From: Candidatus Limnocylindrales bacterium | GTDB taxonomy: Bacteria; Moduliflexota; Moduliflexia; Moduliflexales; JAUQPW01 | Direction of reading: 5' to 3' | Assembly (NCBI GenBank): GCA_035559535.1 | Contig: DATMBG010000033.1 | Coordinates: 125,573 to 180,378 of the forward strand | Length of the DNA: 54,806 nt | Shown here: positions 27,862 through 38,310 of the stretch, in pieces | How positions within the stretch are numbered: position 1 is the first letter of the stretch | Layout of the letters: every line of letters starts with the position of its first letter | Notes under the pieces: model-generated | Database searches by the model: none | Told to the model about the DNA's origin: nothing | Seen by the model: the letters and a program-made list of their open reading frames with translations, nothing else | Translations under genes and position numbers: made by a program

Positions 27862-29721
27862 ATGAATTTTCTTTATAAACTTTTTCCTTTCCACTCTTTA
27901 CTTACCTTAGATGATAATACGCTCACGGCCTGGTGGGTTCTCGGTACCATTTTGTATTTCGTAATTTCTGCGGTCTGGTTATTCCTAAGATGTTACCGCA
28001 TTATCACCACCCTCCGCCAGACGGAAAAAAGTTTTTCCATAGACTCCATCCAAAAGAAAGATCTCCTAAAAGAAAATTGGATGCAATATGCTCAAACCTT
28101 TCTGAGTGAGAATCGACCCAAGACCAGCGAAGATGCCGAAATCTATTTCAATGAGCAAAGTATTCTCAGTCATCGATTGATTCTTCGTTACTGGCTGGCT
28201 GTACCGGGTATTTTGGTTGGAGTAGGAATTCTGGGAACGTTTGTAGGCTTAACTGTTGGTATTGCAAATTTTGATATTGGATCCACGGAAAAAATTGAGC
28301 GAAGTATTCAAACCCTTTTATCTGGTATGGGCACAGCGTTTGTGTCTTCTGTTTGGGGGATGCTATTATCTCTTATGTTTGGAGTGCTAGAAAAGTTTTG
28401 GTTCAATCAGGTAGGTAAACGAATTAGCAGCCTTTGTACTCTTCTGGATCAAAAATTCAGGCTAAAAAAGGTAGACGAGTTGCGATATGCTCAGGAAGAT
28501 GAAGCTAGATTGCTTAGAAATTTATTAGGAGAGCTTTTTGTTTTTCACAATGAAGAAAACACAGAAATATTACCGGCTCATGTATTTCGCGATTTACATC
28601 GAGAAGCCGAAGAGCAGACAAAAGCCCTCAAATCTTTCTCTACAGATCTAGCAGATAAGATTAGTTTGGCTACAGAAACAATCATAAACGCTTCTAGAGA
28701 TCAAATTCAAGAGACAGTACAGCGCACCTTTAATATCCAATTGTTTCCTTTATTAAACAAAATAGATGACAGCCTGAAGGAATTAACTGCCCAGATACAG
28801 AAATTACAAAGCTTGGAAGAAGAATCTTCTAATACTTTTATAGAACAGGCTGTTTCCGATTTAAAAAATTTCCTCGGAGAAATAGGCCAGCAGTTTTCTG
28901 CACCTCTATTCAACTCGGCAAAATTACAAATAGAAAGTCTAGAAGACAACTTTAAAACCCTTACAGAGGATCTGAAAAAAAACATTGTCGACATGGAAGC
29001 TGGATTGTCTACCATACCGAATTCTTTCCAACAGATTAGTAAAGAGTTGATGGATAATTTTTCAAATTCTCTGGAAATACAGATGCAAACCTTGGGAAAT
29101 ATTGTTAAAGCAGCCAGTGAAAACCTATCCGAACTACCAGCTTCCTTTCAACAAACAAGCCAGAGAATCTCTGAGTCTTTAGAAGCTTTTTCGCAGACTG
29201 TACAGAAGCTTAATTCAACCTCACAAGATATACTTGAAAAAGGTTTGAAACTAACCGAATCTATGACCACAGCAAATAGCGAAGTTCAAGGAGCACTTGA
29301 ACAATTACAACCTCTCTCAATTCGATTAGTAGCGGTTGTAAAAAACCTGGAGTTAAGCAGTAATAACTTACAAACGTCTACTACACAGTTCATCCAACAA
29401 ACTAAAGAATTTCTTAATACCAATCAAAGTACGCTTCTAAGGCTTCAAGAATCGCTTAAACAAGCTCAGGAAGTTGCGGTGGATTACGCCAGTAAATTCA
29501 AGAAGATCCAAGATGGTTTGCGTGATATTTTTTCTGAGGTTCAACAAGGACTATCCCGATATCAGGAGACAACGCGAGAGGGTCTTAACAATGCTCTGGG
29601 TCAATTTACAAACCTGTTCTCTCAGGCCGTGCATTCCATCTCTGGAAGTATTGAGGAACTAAGCGAAAGTATAGAAGTATTGAACGATCTTGCAAACAAA
29701 CTCCGTAGTCAAAGCTCGTAG
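27862..29721 (+). CDS. zorA: Zorya protein ZorA (MotA-like TM core plus long cytoplasmic tail)
   Basis: Three TM segments including PGILVGVGILGTFVGL and LLSGMGTAFVSSVWG, then a roughly 400-aa helical tail; first gene of a MotA/MotB/EH/SNF2 operon. Confidence 0.9.
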   Translation: MNFLYKLFPFHSLLTLDDNTLTAWWVLGTILYFVISAVWLFLRCYRIITTLRQTEKSFSIDSIQKKDLLKENWMQYAQTFLSENRPKTSEDAEIYFNEQSILSHRLILRYWLAVPGILVGVGILGTFVGLTVGIANFDIGSTEKIERSIQTLLSGMGTAFVSSVWGMLLSLMFGVLEKFWFNQVGKRISSLCTLLDQKFRLKKVDELRYAQEDEARLLRNLLGELFVFHNEENTEILPAHVFRDLHREAEEQTKALKSFSTDLADKISLATETIINASRDQIQETVQRTFNIQLFPLLNKIDDSLKELTAQIQKLQSLEEESSNTFIEQAVSDLKNFLGEIGQQFSAPLFNSAKLQIESLEDNFKTLTEDLKKNIVDMEAGLSTIPNSFQQISKELMDNFSNSLEIQMQTLGNIVKAASENLSELPASFQQTSQRISESLEAFSQTVQKLNSTSQDILEKGLKLTESMTTANSEVQGALEQLQPLSIRLVAVVKNLELSSNNLQTSTTQFIQQTKEFLNTNQSTLLRLQESLKQAQEVAVDYASKFKKIQDGLRDIFSEVQQGLSRYQETTREGLNNALGQFTNLFSQAVHSISGSIEELSESIEVLNDLANKLRSQSS

Positions 29722-29732
29722 GATAAGTAATC

Positions 29733-30521
29733 ATGTTAAAAGGAAAAAAGATCTTAGAATCCTCTGATGAAGATAATCCCTTTATCATGTCGGTAGGGGA
29801 TTTAATGGCCTCTCTGCTGTTGATTTTTATACTGCTTCTTTCTGCTACCTTACTAAAGCTGGAAGACGAGTATAGAAGAAAGAGAGACGAAGCAGATAGA
29901 GCTGAAAGACTGGCTCAAGAAAAACAAAAAGTTGCCGACTAGGTTCAACAGATTGCTAAAACTTATGAAAAGCTCCAGGATGAACTGTATAAAGATCTTT
30001 TTAATGAATTCAAGAATGATCTTGAAAAGTGGCGAGCTGAACTGCGAAGAGATACTTTATCTATTCGATTTAAGGAACCTGAGGTACTATTTGATCAGGG
30101 TAAAGCGGAACTCAAGGAAAAATTTAAAGTAATATTAGATGACTTCTTCCCCAGATATATTAAGCTACTGTTCACGAAGTATAAAGACAATATCGAAGAG
30201 ATAAGGATTGAAGGCCATACTTCAAGCGAGTGGATGGAATATAAGATTGATCCAGAAACAGCCTATTTTAAAAACATGGAACTTTCCCAGGATAGAACGC
30301 GAAGTGTTTTGATTTATGTTCTCCAGATGATTAAAGATGATACGCTTAAACAATGGGCCCGAGATAAAATCACAGCTAATGGTCTTTCGTCCAGCAAACT
30401 TATTATCAAGCCCAACGGAGAAGAAGATAAAGAAGCCTCACGCCGGGTTGAATTTCGTGTACGTACAGATGCCGAAAGTCAAATTGGTAAAATCCTGGCT
30501 CAGCAGGAGAGAGCAAAATGA
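29733..30521 (+). pseudogene. zorB: Zorya protein ZorB (MotB/OmpA-like), interrupted by in-frame TAG at 29940-29942
   Basis: ORFs 29733..29942 and 30234..30521 are in the same frame. Reading through TAG gives 262 aa: TM with conserved Asp (SVGDLMASLLLIF), then LSIRFKEPEVLFDQG, FFPRY, IRIEGHTSSEW, NMELSQDR, SRRVEFRV. Confidence 0.9.
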
Positions 30522-31915
30522 CGAGTGCGAAATCATTACTTAATTTCTATTTTGACCCCAATCAGTTTGCCGCAGACGCCCGATATATTATTTCTCGTAA
30601 AACCCGAGAGAGCATTGAAAAGGTTACTGAAGCCCTGGCAGATATAGCAGCGAAAAATCAGGGAAATAAAAGAGAACCCTCTGACATTGGTGAAATCTAT
30701 CAAACGTTTATGGCCCTTGCTCCAAAAGGGATAGAAGTTCTAAAGCAAGAATTCGATACTTTATATAAAGTGCGCAAGCTTGTTCGTTCACTGGCCTATC
30801 CTAAAGAAAATCCTAAGTTATCTATCCTGAGTTCAGCATTTCTTCCCCTTGCCTTACAGATTATCAACAAATATTGGCGTGATGGAATGTTAGGGGGATT
30901 GTTTCGTACCCTCTTGCAAAACTGGAGTTATCCGGGAATAGAACGACTCAGGAGGTTCGTTGGTGAGAAGATAAACCGGTATTCTGGAAACAATCAAACC
31001 TTACTTGTCCTTAAACATAAGGCTCCATTTTATATCGAAGACCAGGGGACTATTTCTCTCGGACTTAATCTCATCCAAAATCAAAAGAAGCTTTCAGAGG
31101 TATGGCAGTATCTAGATTTACCTGACTCCATGAAGGGTTATGAATACTTTTCGACGGTTGGAGAAGCCTTTACATCCCTGGTGATGCGGAAGCAACAATT
31201 TGAACAGTATATTCCAGATATCCTTGAATTCTTGAAACAACACCGAACTCTGGATACTTCAAAAAAATGCCTCTGTAAAATAATCTTAAAGTTACAAAAT
31301 GGTGATCATTCAGAACTTAGAGAACGGATTAAAGTATCTACCCTCGAACTAATTGGAGATCCGATACGAGATGATAAATGGTTACCATGGGCAGGTGCCA
31401 ATGAGACAGATAAAAGTGATCTAAAGAAGGCTCAAACAATTCTTAATCAGTGGCTGACACAGCAATTCATTGTCATCTTTTTTGAAAAACTGACCATGGA
31501 TGAGGATAGAAAAGCGTTTTGGTTACATTACTCCAGACATATATCGAATTTTAAAATTTACGGTCATCGTCAGGATCGAGTTCAGCTCTCCGGAGATTAC
31601 CGAATCAAAGAAGAGTATTTGAAGACTCATTTTGGATTTATTAAAAATGCTGAACGAAGTCAGAGAGCCTTTGTAATGGTGGTAAAAGATTATGTTTTTG
31701 TCGAATTTAGTGAATGTGGGGGTGCTTTTTATGCCTATCGGAAAACCAATCCTATCTGTCCTGATATCCTTCAAGATTCTTTATCTATTCATGCCTTACG
31801 ACATTCTAAAAACCGGAAACCATTAACTTCTATACAGAATGAAGGAAGACTCTCTCATACCGCCGGTTGGAAATGTTCCCTTTCCCGGTGGCTTAAAACC
31901 CATCTGGAGATATAA
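30518..31915 (+). CDS. zorC: Zorya protein ZorC (EH-signature domain)
   Basis: ATGA overlap with zorB; C-terminal RKAFW..Y, VFVEFS..GGAFY.Y, RLSH..GW...L..WL pattern. Confidence 0.85.
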   Translation: MTSAKSLLNFYFDPNQFAADARYIISRKTRESIEKVTEALADIAAKNQGNKREPSDIGEIYQTFMALAPKGIEVLKQEFDTLYKVRKLVRSLAYPKENPKLSILSSAFLPLALQIINKYWRDGMLGGLFRTLLQNWSYPGIERLRRFVGEKINRYSGNNQTLLVLKHKAPFYIEDQGTISLGLNLIQNQKKLSEVWQYLDLPDSMKGYEYFSTVGEAFTSLVMRKQQFEQYIPDILEFLKQHRTLDTSKKCLCKIILKLQNGDHSELRERIKVSTLELIGDPIRDDKWLPWAGANETDKSDLKKAQTILNQWLTQQFIVIFFEKLTMDEDRKAFWLHYSRHISNFKIYGHRQDRVQLSGDYRIKEEYLKTHFGFIKNAERSQRAFVMVVKDYVFVEFSECGGAFYAYRKTNPICPDILQDSLSIHALRHSKNRKPLTSIQNEGRLSHTAGWKCSLSRWLKTHLEI

Positions 31916-31918
31916 TCC

Positions 31919-34900
31919 ATGTTAACCTGGCAGGTTTCTCCTGAGTATTGGATCTTTAGTTTTGGGGATGGGGATCAACCAATTCCTCTGAAATCATGGA
32001 ATAATTATCCCTTCCCTGCTAACGCCTACGCCCAGGTTCTCCTATTCCGAGAACTCCTTGATAACGGTAAAGCTCTGGCTGATGAGACTTCCATATTGGT
32101 TCCCCATGAAGAAATCTGTACACTATCTACAATAGATCAACAACTACTCAATCTTCCACCACCCTATCCCTTCGATATCCGGGTAGATGCCAGTGGAATG
32201 TTACAGCAACAAGATTTTCAATTTAAATGGGGATTTTATGAGCATCCTCAAGGCCGACAACTTTTTGGAGAACGTATTGGATGCCTCTTGAAGTTGGAAG
32301 ATGGTACCCAATATCTGCTTTCTTCCCAACAACTTGCCCTTTGTAATGCTTTGGATGAGTTCAATGCACTGCCTCCCGAAATGAAAAACTTAAACGGTAA
32401 CCTGCTTCGTTTTGCAGAGATCAAAGAACTTTCTGCAAAGTCTGCAGCAATACTGGACAGCTATCTAGAAAACGAACAGGTTGTGGTACCTAAAAACCTC
32501 AGCTTAAAACCTAAAATCGGCCAAGGCGATACCCTTGAAATTCTACCCGAAGTGGAGGGAGTCAATGCCCGGCAATTTGAAGAGAAATTTGATTTTTTCC
32601 ACACGGTTCAGGCTGTTTATACGCTTCAAGATGAAAAGGGTAAAAGAACCCGAATTCCCTTTTCAGAACCTCAGCAACAAGAATTGAAAAAGATCAAGAC
32701 TTATCGTCGAGTTCAAGGAGATCAGAAAAGAAAAATTCTTGAGCAGCCCCAGGAAATTTTTGATCCAGATATTATTGACCTGGATCAATTCAGCAAACGC
32801 GTTATCGATATTGGACTCTACAAACCTCGGTTTTATACTTTTATTAGTCCTTATAAATCCCAATGGATCCCCGGTATTTTGATAGAAGCGTCGAATGGAG
32901 ATAAAAAGAAAATTGGGTTTAGGAGCCCGGCAGAACTTAAAGAATTTAAGAGGTTATGTGAAAAGGCATTACAAGAGGGAGAAAATTTTGTGGAATGGCG
33001 AGGCGTTCAGATTCCACTTTCTGAAACCGATATCATTCTAAGAACGGCAGAACATCAATTCCAAAATCCTTACGAACCGGTTCAAGAGGATGCCTCAAGG
33101 AAAAAAGTCCTGATTATCAAAGAAAATATCGACCAGTTGGAACATGAAGAAGTTTTTGAAAAACCTGTTCTTTCTACAGAAACTTTCCATCATCAATATA
33201 GCTATCCTCCCAACCTCAAAATGACCGTGCAAGTTCTTGAACATCAAGAAGAGGGAATTGCCTGGCTACAATCCCTATATAGGGATGGTTATTCCGGCGC
33301 ACTTCTAGCCGATGATATGGGACTTGGTAAGACATTACAGATGTTGGCATTTATAGACTGGCATAATACCACTTTAAACACTGAGGATAAACCTTATTTG
33401 GTCGTTGCACCTGTTTCCCTACTGGAAAATTGGGAAAAGGAATATCCTAAATTCTTTGAACCCTGTGTGTTGAAAATTCTCAAGTTCTACGGTTCTCCTT
33501 TACCCGAATTCCTAAACGGGACCCACTTAAAGAACAGGCAGATTGTTCTGACCACCTATGAAACTTTACGGAAGCAACAACTTAAGCTTTGCGGGATAGA
33601 TTGGTCGGTGGTTATTCTAGATGAAGCACAAAAAATCAAAACGCCCGGTACCCTGGTTACTAATGCTGTAAAAGCCCTCAAGGCTGACTTTAAAATTGCA
33701 GCTACCGGAACCCCTGTGGAAAATACACTGGTGGATTTGTGGTGTATTATGGATTTTGTAGTTCCTGGATTATTGGGCAGTGCCAAAGAGTTTGCCAAAG
33801 AGTACCAAAATCCTTTAAAGAATAAAGATATCGATGTGAAGCAACTGGGAGAATCTCTGCGGAAACGGATCGGGATTTATATTAAGCGGCGTTTGAAGAA
33901 GGATATCCTCCAGGGGTTACCAAAGAAAACTCAGCATCGCTGCGAATGTGCGATGCCTGAAATACAATTTCAGAGATACCTGGAAGAAATTGCACAAGCA
34001 AAGAGTATTCAGAACAATGCCACAGACCGTCAGAATAGAATTCTTCATGTCCTTTGGACCCTGCGGGATATTTCAGATCATCCCTTTCTACCAGACAAAC
34101 AAATCGACCAATTCCATGTAGATAAACTGATAACGACTTCTGCGAAGCTTCAGATCACCGTTGAAATTCTAAAATCCATCCAGGAGCGGAGAGAAAAAGT
34201 CATTCTCTTTGCGGACCGGCGAGAAACTCAACGGCTTTTAGCGAGGGTTCTTCAGGAGAAATTTCATATTCGGGCAAGTATTGTGAATGGGGATACCCCA
34301 ATAAGTCGATGGGGTAGTATATCTTCTAAAGAAAGTCGTCAACAGGCTATTGATCGATTTCAACGCCAGGAGGGGTTCTACGCTATCATTATGTCACCTC
34401 TTGCCGCTGGGGTTGGGTTGAATATCACAGCCGCTAACCATGTAATCCATTATTCCCGACACTGGAATCCCGCCAAGGAAGATCAAGCTACTGATCGGGT
34501 TTATCGAATTGGTCAAGAGAAAGAGGTTTACGTCTATCTGCCTATGGCAACGGCTCCGAATTTTAAATCCTTCGATGTAATCCTCGATGAATTGTTGGAA
34601 CGAAAACGCGAGCTGGCCAGTGTCTCACTCTTTCCCACTGAACGTGCTGAAGTCACACCAGAGGAGATATTCCATGAAGTGCTTGAAACCCCATCAGAAA
34701 TTCCAACTTTTCGACCTTTTACCCTGGAAGATTTAGATGCCCTAGATCCTTATCTGTTTGAGGCAGCTATAGCCGTGCTCTGGCAAAAGAAAGGTTATCA
34801 GGTAGAGCTTACACCCAAATTCAATGACAAAGGCGCAGACATCATCGCCCGTTCTCAAGGGCATAATATTCTCCTTCAGACCAAACATTCCAGAAATCCG

Positions 34901-35146
34901 GTTGGTGATACGGCTATAGGAGAAATCCTCAAATCCAAGGGCTTTTATGAACAAAGATATCAGACTTCTTTTTCGCTGGGTATCGTGACCAATCAAACTT
35001 TAACCCAAAGTGCTTTAAACCTTGCCCAGCTTAACAAGGTTTATGTTTTCGATCGTACCGAAATACTCAGGTTTCTTGAAGTAAGTCCTTTATACCTTAC
35101 AGAAATAAAAGAAATGGAACAATGTCGGTTATCCAATCTCATATAG
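31919..35146 (+). CDS. zorD: Zorya protein ZorD (SNF2-family helicase plus Mrr-like nuclease)
   Basis: LLADDMGLGKT, ILDEAQKIK, ATGTPVEN, GVGLNI, WNPAKEDQATDRVYRIGQ; C-terminal FE...DKGADIIA...LLQTK (Mrr-type D-QxK). Confidence 0.92.
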   Translation: MLTWQVSPEYWIFSFGDGDQPIPLKSWNNYPFPANAYAQVLLFRELLDNGKALADETSILVPHEEICTLSTIDQQLLNLPPPYPFDIRVDASGMLQQQDFQFKWGFYEHPQGRQLFGERIGCLLKLEDGTQYLLSSQQLALCNALDEFNALPPEMKNLNGNLLRFAEIKELSAKSAAILDSYLENEQVVVPKNLSLKPKIGQGDTLEILPEVEGVNARQFEEKFDFFHTVQAVYTLQDEKGKRTRIPFSEPQQQELKKIKTYRRVQGDQKRKILEQPQEIFDPDIIDLDQFSKRVIDIGLYKPRFYTFISPYKSQWIPGILIEASNGDKKKIGFRSPAELKEFKRLCEKALQEGENFVEWRGVQIPLSETDIILRTAEHQFQNPYEPVQEDASRKKVLIIKENIDQLEHEEVFEKPVLSTETFHHQYSYPPNLKMTVQVLEHQEEGIAWLQSLYRDGYSGALLADDMGLGKTLQMLAFIDWHNTTLNTEDKPYLVVAPVSLLENWEKEYPKFFEPCVLKILKFYGSPLPEFLNGTHLKNRQIVLTTYETLRKQQLKLCGIDWSVVILDEAQKIKTPGTLVTNAVKALKADFKIAATGTPVENTLVDLWCIMDFVVPGLLGSAKEFAKEYQNPLKNKDIDVKQLGESLRKRIGIYIKRRLKKDILQGLPKKTQHRCECAMPEIQFQRYLEEIAQAKSIQNNATDRQNRILHVLWTLRDISDHPFLPDKQIDQFHVDKLITTSAKLQITVEILKSIQERREKVILFADRRETQRLLARVLQEKFHIRASIVNGDTPISRWGSISSKESRQQAIDRFQRQEGFYAIIMSPLAAGVGLNITAANHVIHYSRHWNPAKEDQATDRVYRIGQEKEVYVYLPMATAPNFKSFDVILDELLERKRELASVSLFPTERAEVTPEEIFHEVLETPSEIPTFRPFTLEDLDALDPYLFEAAIAVLWQKKGYQVELTPKFNDKGADIIARSQGHNILLQTKHSRNPVGDTAIGEILKSKGFYEQRYQTSFSLGIVTNQTLTQSALNLAQLNKVYVFDRTEILRFLEVSPLYLTEIKEMEQCRLSNLI

Positions 35147-35387
35147 AAATACCTCATTAGACTCTTCTGTGAATGTAAGAATAGGAAGGGGCAGTAATTT
35201 TAAGGCGGGGCATTAGCTGTTGGTTTTGGATTTGCTTAGACTAAATCTAAATAGAAATGTCGTAGAACCTACAGGGCGATCACCCGGAATCCCCCTTAAA
35301 CAGGGCAGCCCCTACAGTTTAGGCAACGTTTCAACGTAGAAATGGGATTAGAAAAGGGATATCTTTTATTGAGTCGTCGATAAAATT

Positions 35388-36320
35388 ATGAAAATGTTTT
35401 ACTGTGACCATTTCGTACTTCCTCTTCCAGAGGGACATCGCTTTCCGATGCAAAAATATTCGCTTCTCAAACAGCGGGTTATAGAAGCAGGGCTTGCTGG
35501 GCCCGGGGAGTTGCTGGTTCCGGATCCGGCTACCGATGAGCAGATCCAGCGGGTCCATGACCCAGAATATGTACGACGGGTAAAGAATGGGGAGCTGACC
35601 CCCAAGGAATTGCGACGTATTGGATTTCCCTGGTCTCCGGCCATGGTGGAACGGGCCCGTCGTTCGGTAGGAGGAACGATTGGAGCTTGCCGTAATGCCC
35701 TGATTGACGGATTCTCTGCTAATCTGGCCGGGGGAACGCACCATGCTTTCCGAGACCACGGTGAAGGATATTGTGTGTTTAATGACAGTGCCATCGCAGC
35801 CCGGGCCCTGCAAGCGGAAGGACATGTGCAACGCGTGGTGATCATAGATTGCGATGTCCATCAGGGAAACGGCACGGCGTCGATTCTGGCAGAAGATCCA
35901 ACGATCTTCACCTTTTCCATCCATGGGGTGAATAATTTCCCCTTTGATAAAGAAAAGAGCGACCTCGACGTGGAATTAGAGGATGGGACAGACGATACTG
36001 CCTATCTGGAAGCCCTGGAATGGGGTGTTTCCAGGGCCCTCGAACTTGCCAACGCCCAGCTTGCCATTTATCTGGCCGGTGCAGATCCTTATTTTGACGA
36101 TAAACTGGGACGGCTTGCCTTGAGCAAACAGGGACTCGCCGAACGGGATCGCCTGGTTTTTAACCTTTGTCAGGCAGCAGGAATTCCGGTTGCTATCACC
36201 ATGGCAGGTGGTTATGCCCGGAATATCCAGGACACTGTCGATATTCACTTTCAGACGGTACGCCTGGCGGCTGAAAAGGTAAAAAAAAGCGATGGGCAAC
36301 AGGCCTTGGGCAGAAAATAA
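35388..36320 (+). CDS. histone deacetylase family protein
   Basis: GHRFPMQKY, NLAGGTHHA, GYCVFND, IDCDVHQGNGT, AGADP, AGGY. Confidence 0.95.
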   Translation: MKMFYCDHFVLPLPEGHRFPMQKYSLLKQRVIEAGLAGPGELLVPDPATDEQIQRVHDPEYVRRVKNGELTPKELRRIGFPWSPAMVERARRSVGGTIGACRNALIDGFSANLAGGTHHAFRDHGEGYCVFNDSAIAARALQAEGHVQRVVIIDCDVHQGNGTASILAEDPTIFTFSIHGVNNFPFDKEKSDLDVELEDGTDDTAYLEALEWGVSRALELANAQLAIYLAGADPYFDDKLGRLALSKQGLAERDRLVFNLCQAAGIPVAITMAGGYARNIQDTVDIHFQTVRLAAEKVKKSDGQQALGRK

Positions 36321-36406
36321 CCGGGCCAGGTTAAGTCCGGCATAGAGAAACCTGCCCTTCTGTTCGTTAATCACCGCCTGTAACCTGTTGCCTATCGCCC
36401 CATTCA

Positions 36407-37858
36407 TTAATACTTAATATAAACCGTCTTAAGCTCGGTATAGAAATCGATGGCTACCCGACCCTGTTCGCGATGCCCTGAGCTGGAGTCTTTCATACCG
36501 CCGAAAGGTACATGATAATCGACTCCGGCAGAGGGAAGATTGACGTTAACAACCCCTGCTTCAATGCGATTGGCATACTCAAAGGTTCGAGATAGATTTG
36601 TGGTGCAGAGGGATGCAGAGAGTCCAAACTGAACATTATTGGCAATCTCCAGGGCTTCGTCGAAGTTTTTTGCGGGCATAATGGCCAGGACCGGACCAAA
36701 GATCTCTTCCTGGGCGATCCGCATGGTAGGTTTTACATCCTTGAAGATGGTCGGTTCCACAAAATAGCCTTTATCATATTCCTTACCGGTTAATCGATTC
36801 CCACCCAGCAGAAGGGTCGCCCCCTCTTTCTTCCCGATTTCAATGTAACTCAATACGGTTTTCAGTTGGTTTTCATCCACTAAAGGACCCATCTGAACCG
36901 AAGGATCCAAACCATTTCCTACTTTGAGGGCCTTTGTTTTTTCGATGAGCAATTGGGTAAATTTGTCCAGAATGGGTTCTTCCACAATAACCCGACTGGT
37001 GGCCGTACACCGCTGACCAGTAGAGAAGAATGCACCGTTGATGGTTATGTTAACCGCTTCTTCCAGGTTGGCATCGGCTAAAACAATAGTGGGATTTTTA
37101 CCCCCCATCTCTAGCTGGGTTCTGACCATGTTCTGTTGGGTACGTTGATAAATTCCCTGCCCTACGGCACAAGATCCTGTAAAAGAAACCCCTTTGATGG
37201 CTTTATTGGTGACCATCTCGAGTCCCACGGTGGAACCGGGTCCCGTAATGTAATTTAAAACTCCCTTGGGAAGCCCGGCCTCATGGAGAATTTCTACCAG
37301 CTTTAGGGAGGTCAGGGGTGCTAAGGAAGCAGGCTTAAAAACTACGGTATTTCCGGAAACCAGAGCCGGAGCGATTTTCCAGGCCGGAATTGCAATGGGG
37401 AAGTTCCAGGGAGTAATAAGAGAAACCGTTCCAAGGGGCTTCCGCATGGTGAAGACGAATACATTCTCTCGGGGGGATGGGACGGCATCACCCAGAAATC
37501 GGTCCCCTTCTCCACCAAAGAAACTTAAAATTTGAGAAGCTCGAAGAACCTCTGCTTTCCCCTCTCCAATCGTTTTTCCTTCTTCCCGGGTTAAAATCTC
37601 CCCCAACTCATCGACCCGACTGGCCACCATCTGAGCTGCTTTGTAAAGGATCGCACCACGCTTGGGCGCCGGAACTTTCGCCCATTTTTCCTGGGCACGG
37701 ACGGCAGCTTCTATCGCCCTTCGGGCATCCTCTACATTAGATTGCTGAAAATAGCCTATAACCTCATCGGTATCGGCCGGATTTATATTGGGAAAAGTTT
37801 TACCTGAAGAAGACTCCACCCATTCCCCATCAATAAAATTTTTATACGTTGTGGGCAT
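36407..37858 (-). CDS. aldehyde dehydrogenase family protein
   Basis: ITPWNFP, FKPA, FTGS, LEMGGKNP, GQRCTA, EEIFGP, PFGG. Likely start MPTTYK (37858). Confidence 0.95.
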   Translation of the reverse strand: MPTTYKNFIDGEWVESSSGKTFPNINPADTDEVIGYFQQSNVEDARRAIEAAVRAQEKWAKVPAPKRGAILYKAAQMVASRVDELGEILTREEGKTIGEGKAEVLRASQILSFFGGEGDRFLGDAVPSPRENVFVFTMRKPLGTVSLITPWNFPIAIPAWKIAPALVSGNTVVFKPASLAPLTSLKLVEILHEAGLPKGVLNYITGPGSTVGLEMVTNKAIKGVSFTGSCAVGQGIYQRTQQNMVRTQLEMGGKNPTIVLADANLEEAVNITINGAFFSTGQRCTATSRVIVEEPILDKFTQLLIEKTKALKVGNGLDPSVQMGPLVDENQLKTVLSYIEIGKKEGATLLLGGNRLTGKEYDKGYFVEPTIFKDVKPTMRIAQEEIFGPVLAIMPAKNFDEALEIANNVQFGLSASLCTTNLSRTFEYANRIEAGVVNVNLPSAGVDYHVPFGGMKDSSSGHREQGRVAIDFYTELKTVYIKY

Positions 37859-38310
37859 CTTTAAAAAGTCTTCAGCCAACGACCATAAGCCTTCGGCCCT
37901 TAAAAAGGGAGAGAAAGAGTACTCCGGTTTCCCAAGCCGATCCCTCATAGCCGATCGCTGAAAACTTACTCCTAAAATTTGAAGAACCTTCTGGCTTTAA
38001 TACCTGTCAGTTTATTATTTTTAACCTCCTCTTGAGCGGAAAGTCAAGAGGTACCCGAGAATTATTTGAATACAATAAAATGCCCATCCCCTCTTTCCTT
38101 TCATAGATTTCCCGTCGGCGTCTAATAATTGGATGGTTTTTAAAAGGAATATCCACTGTTTCGGGTTTAGAGGGAGAGCTTTTAGAGTCTAAGTAGTTGA
38201 TAATAAAGTTGATCCAAAACGGGAAAGATTATGGCATGAAAATTGGTATCACCAAAAATCAGGTAACCGGAAATGGAATTTCTATAAAATGGCTTAATCC
38301 AGGAGGTAAA

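Noticed and set aside
29940-29942. Genome-wide TAG recoding or pyrrolysine as the explanation for the zorB stop
   Set aside because: TAG ends other genes at their expected C-termini (livM, livG, hemE, alr), and no pyl genes are in the window.
35331-35924. 197-aa antisense ORF, and other shadow ORFs over long genes
   Set aside because: Overlap well-supported genes on the opposite strand or frame and show no motifs.
38232-38247. sigma54 promoter TGGCAT-N5-TTGG upstream of the PP2C gene
   Set aside because: Lacks the conserved -12 GC dinucleotide.
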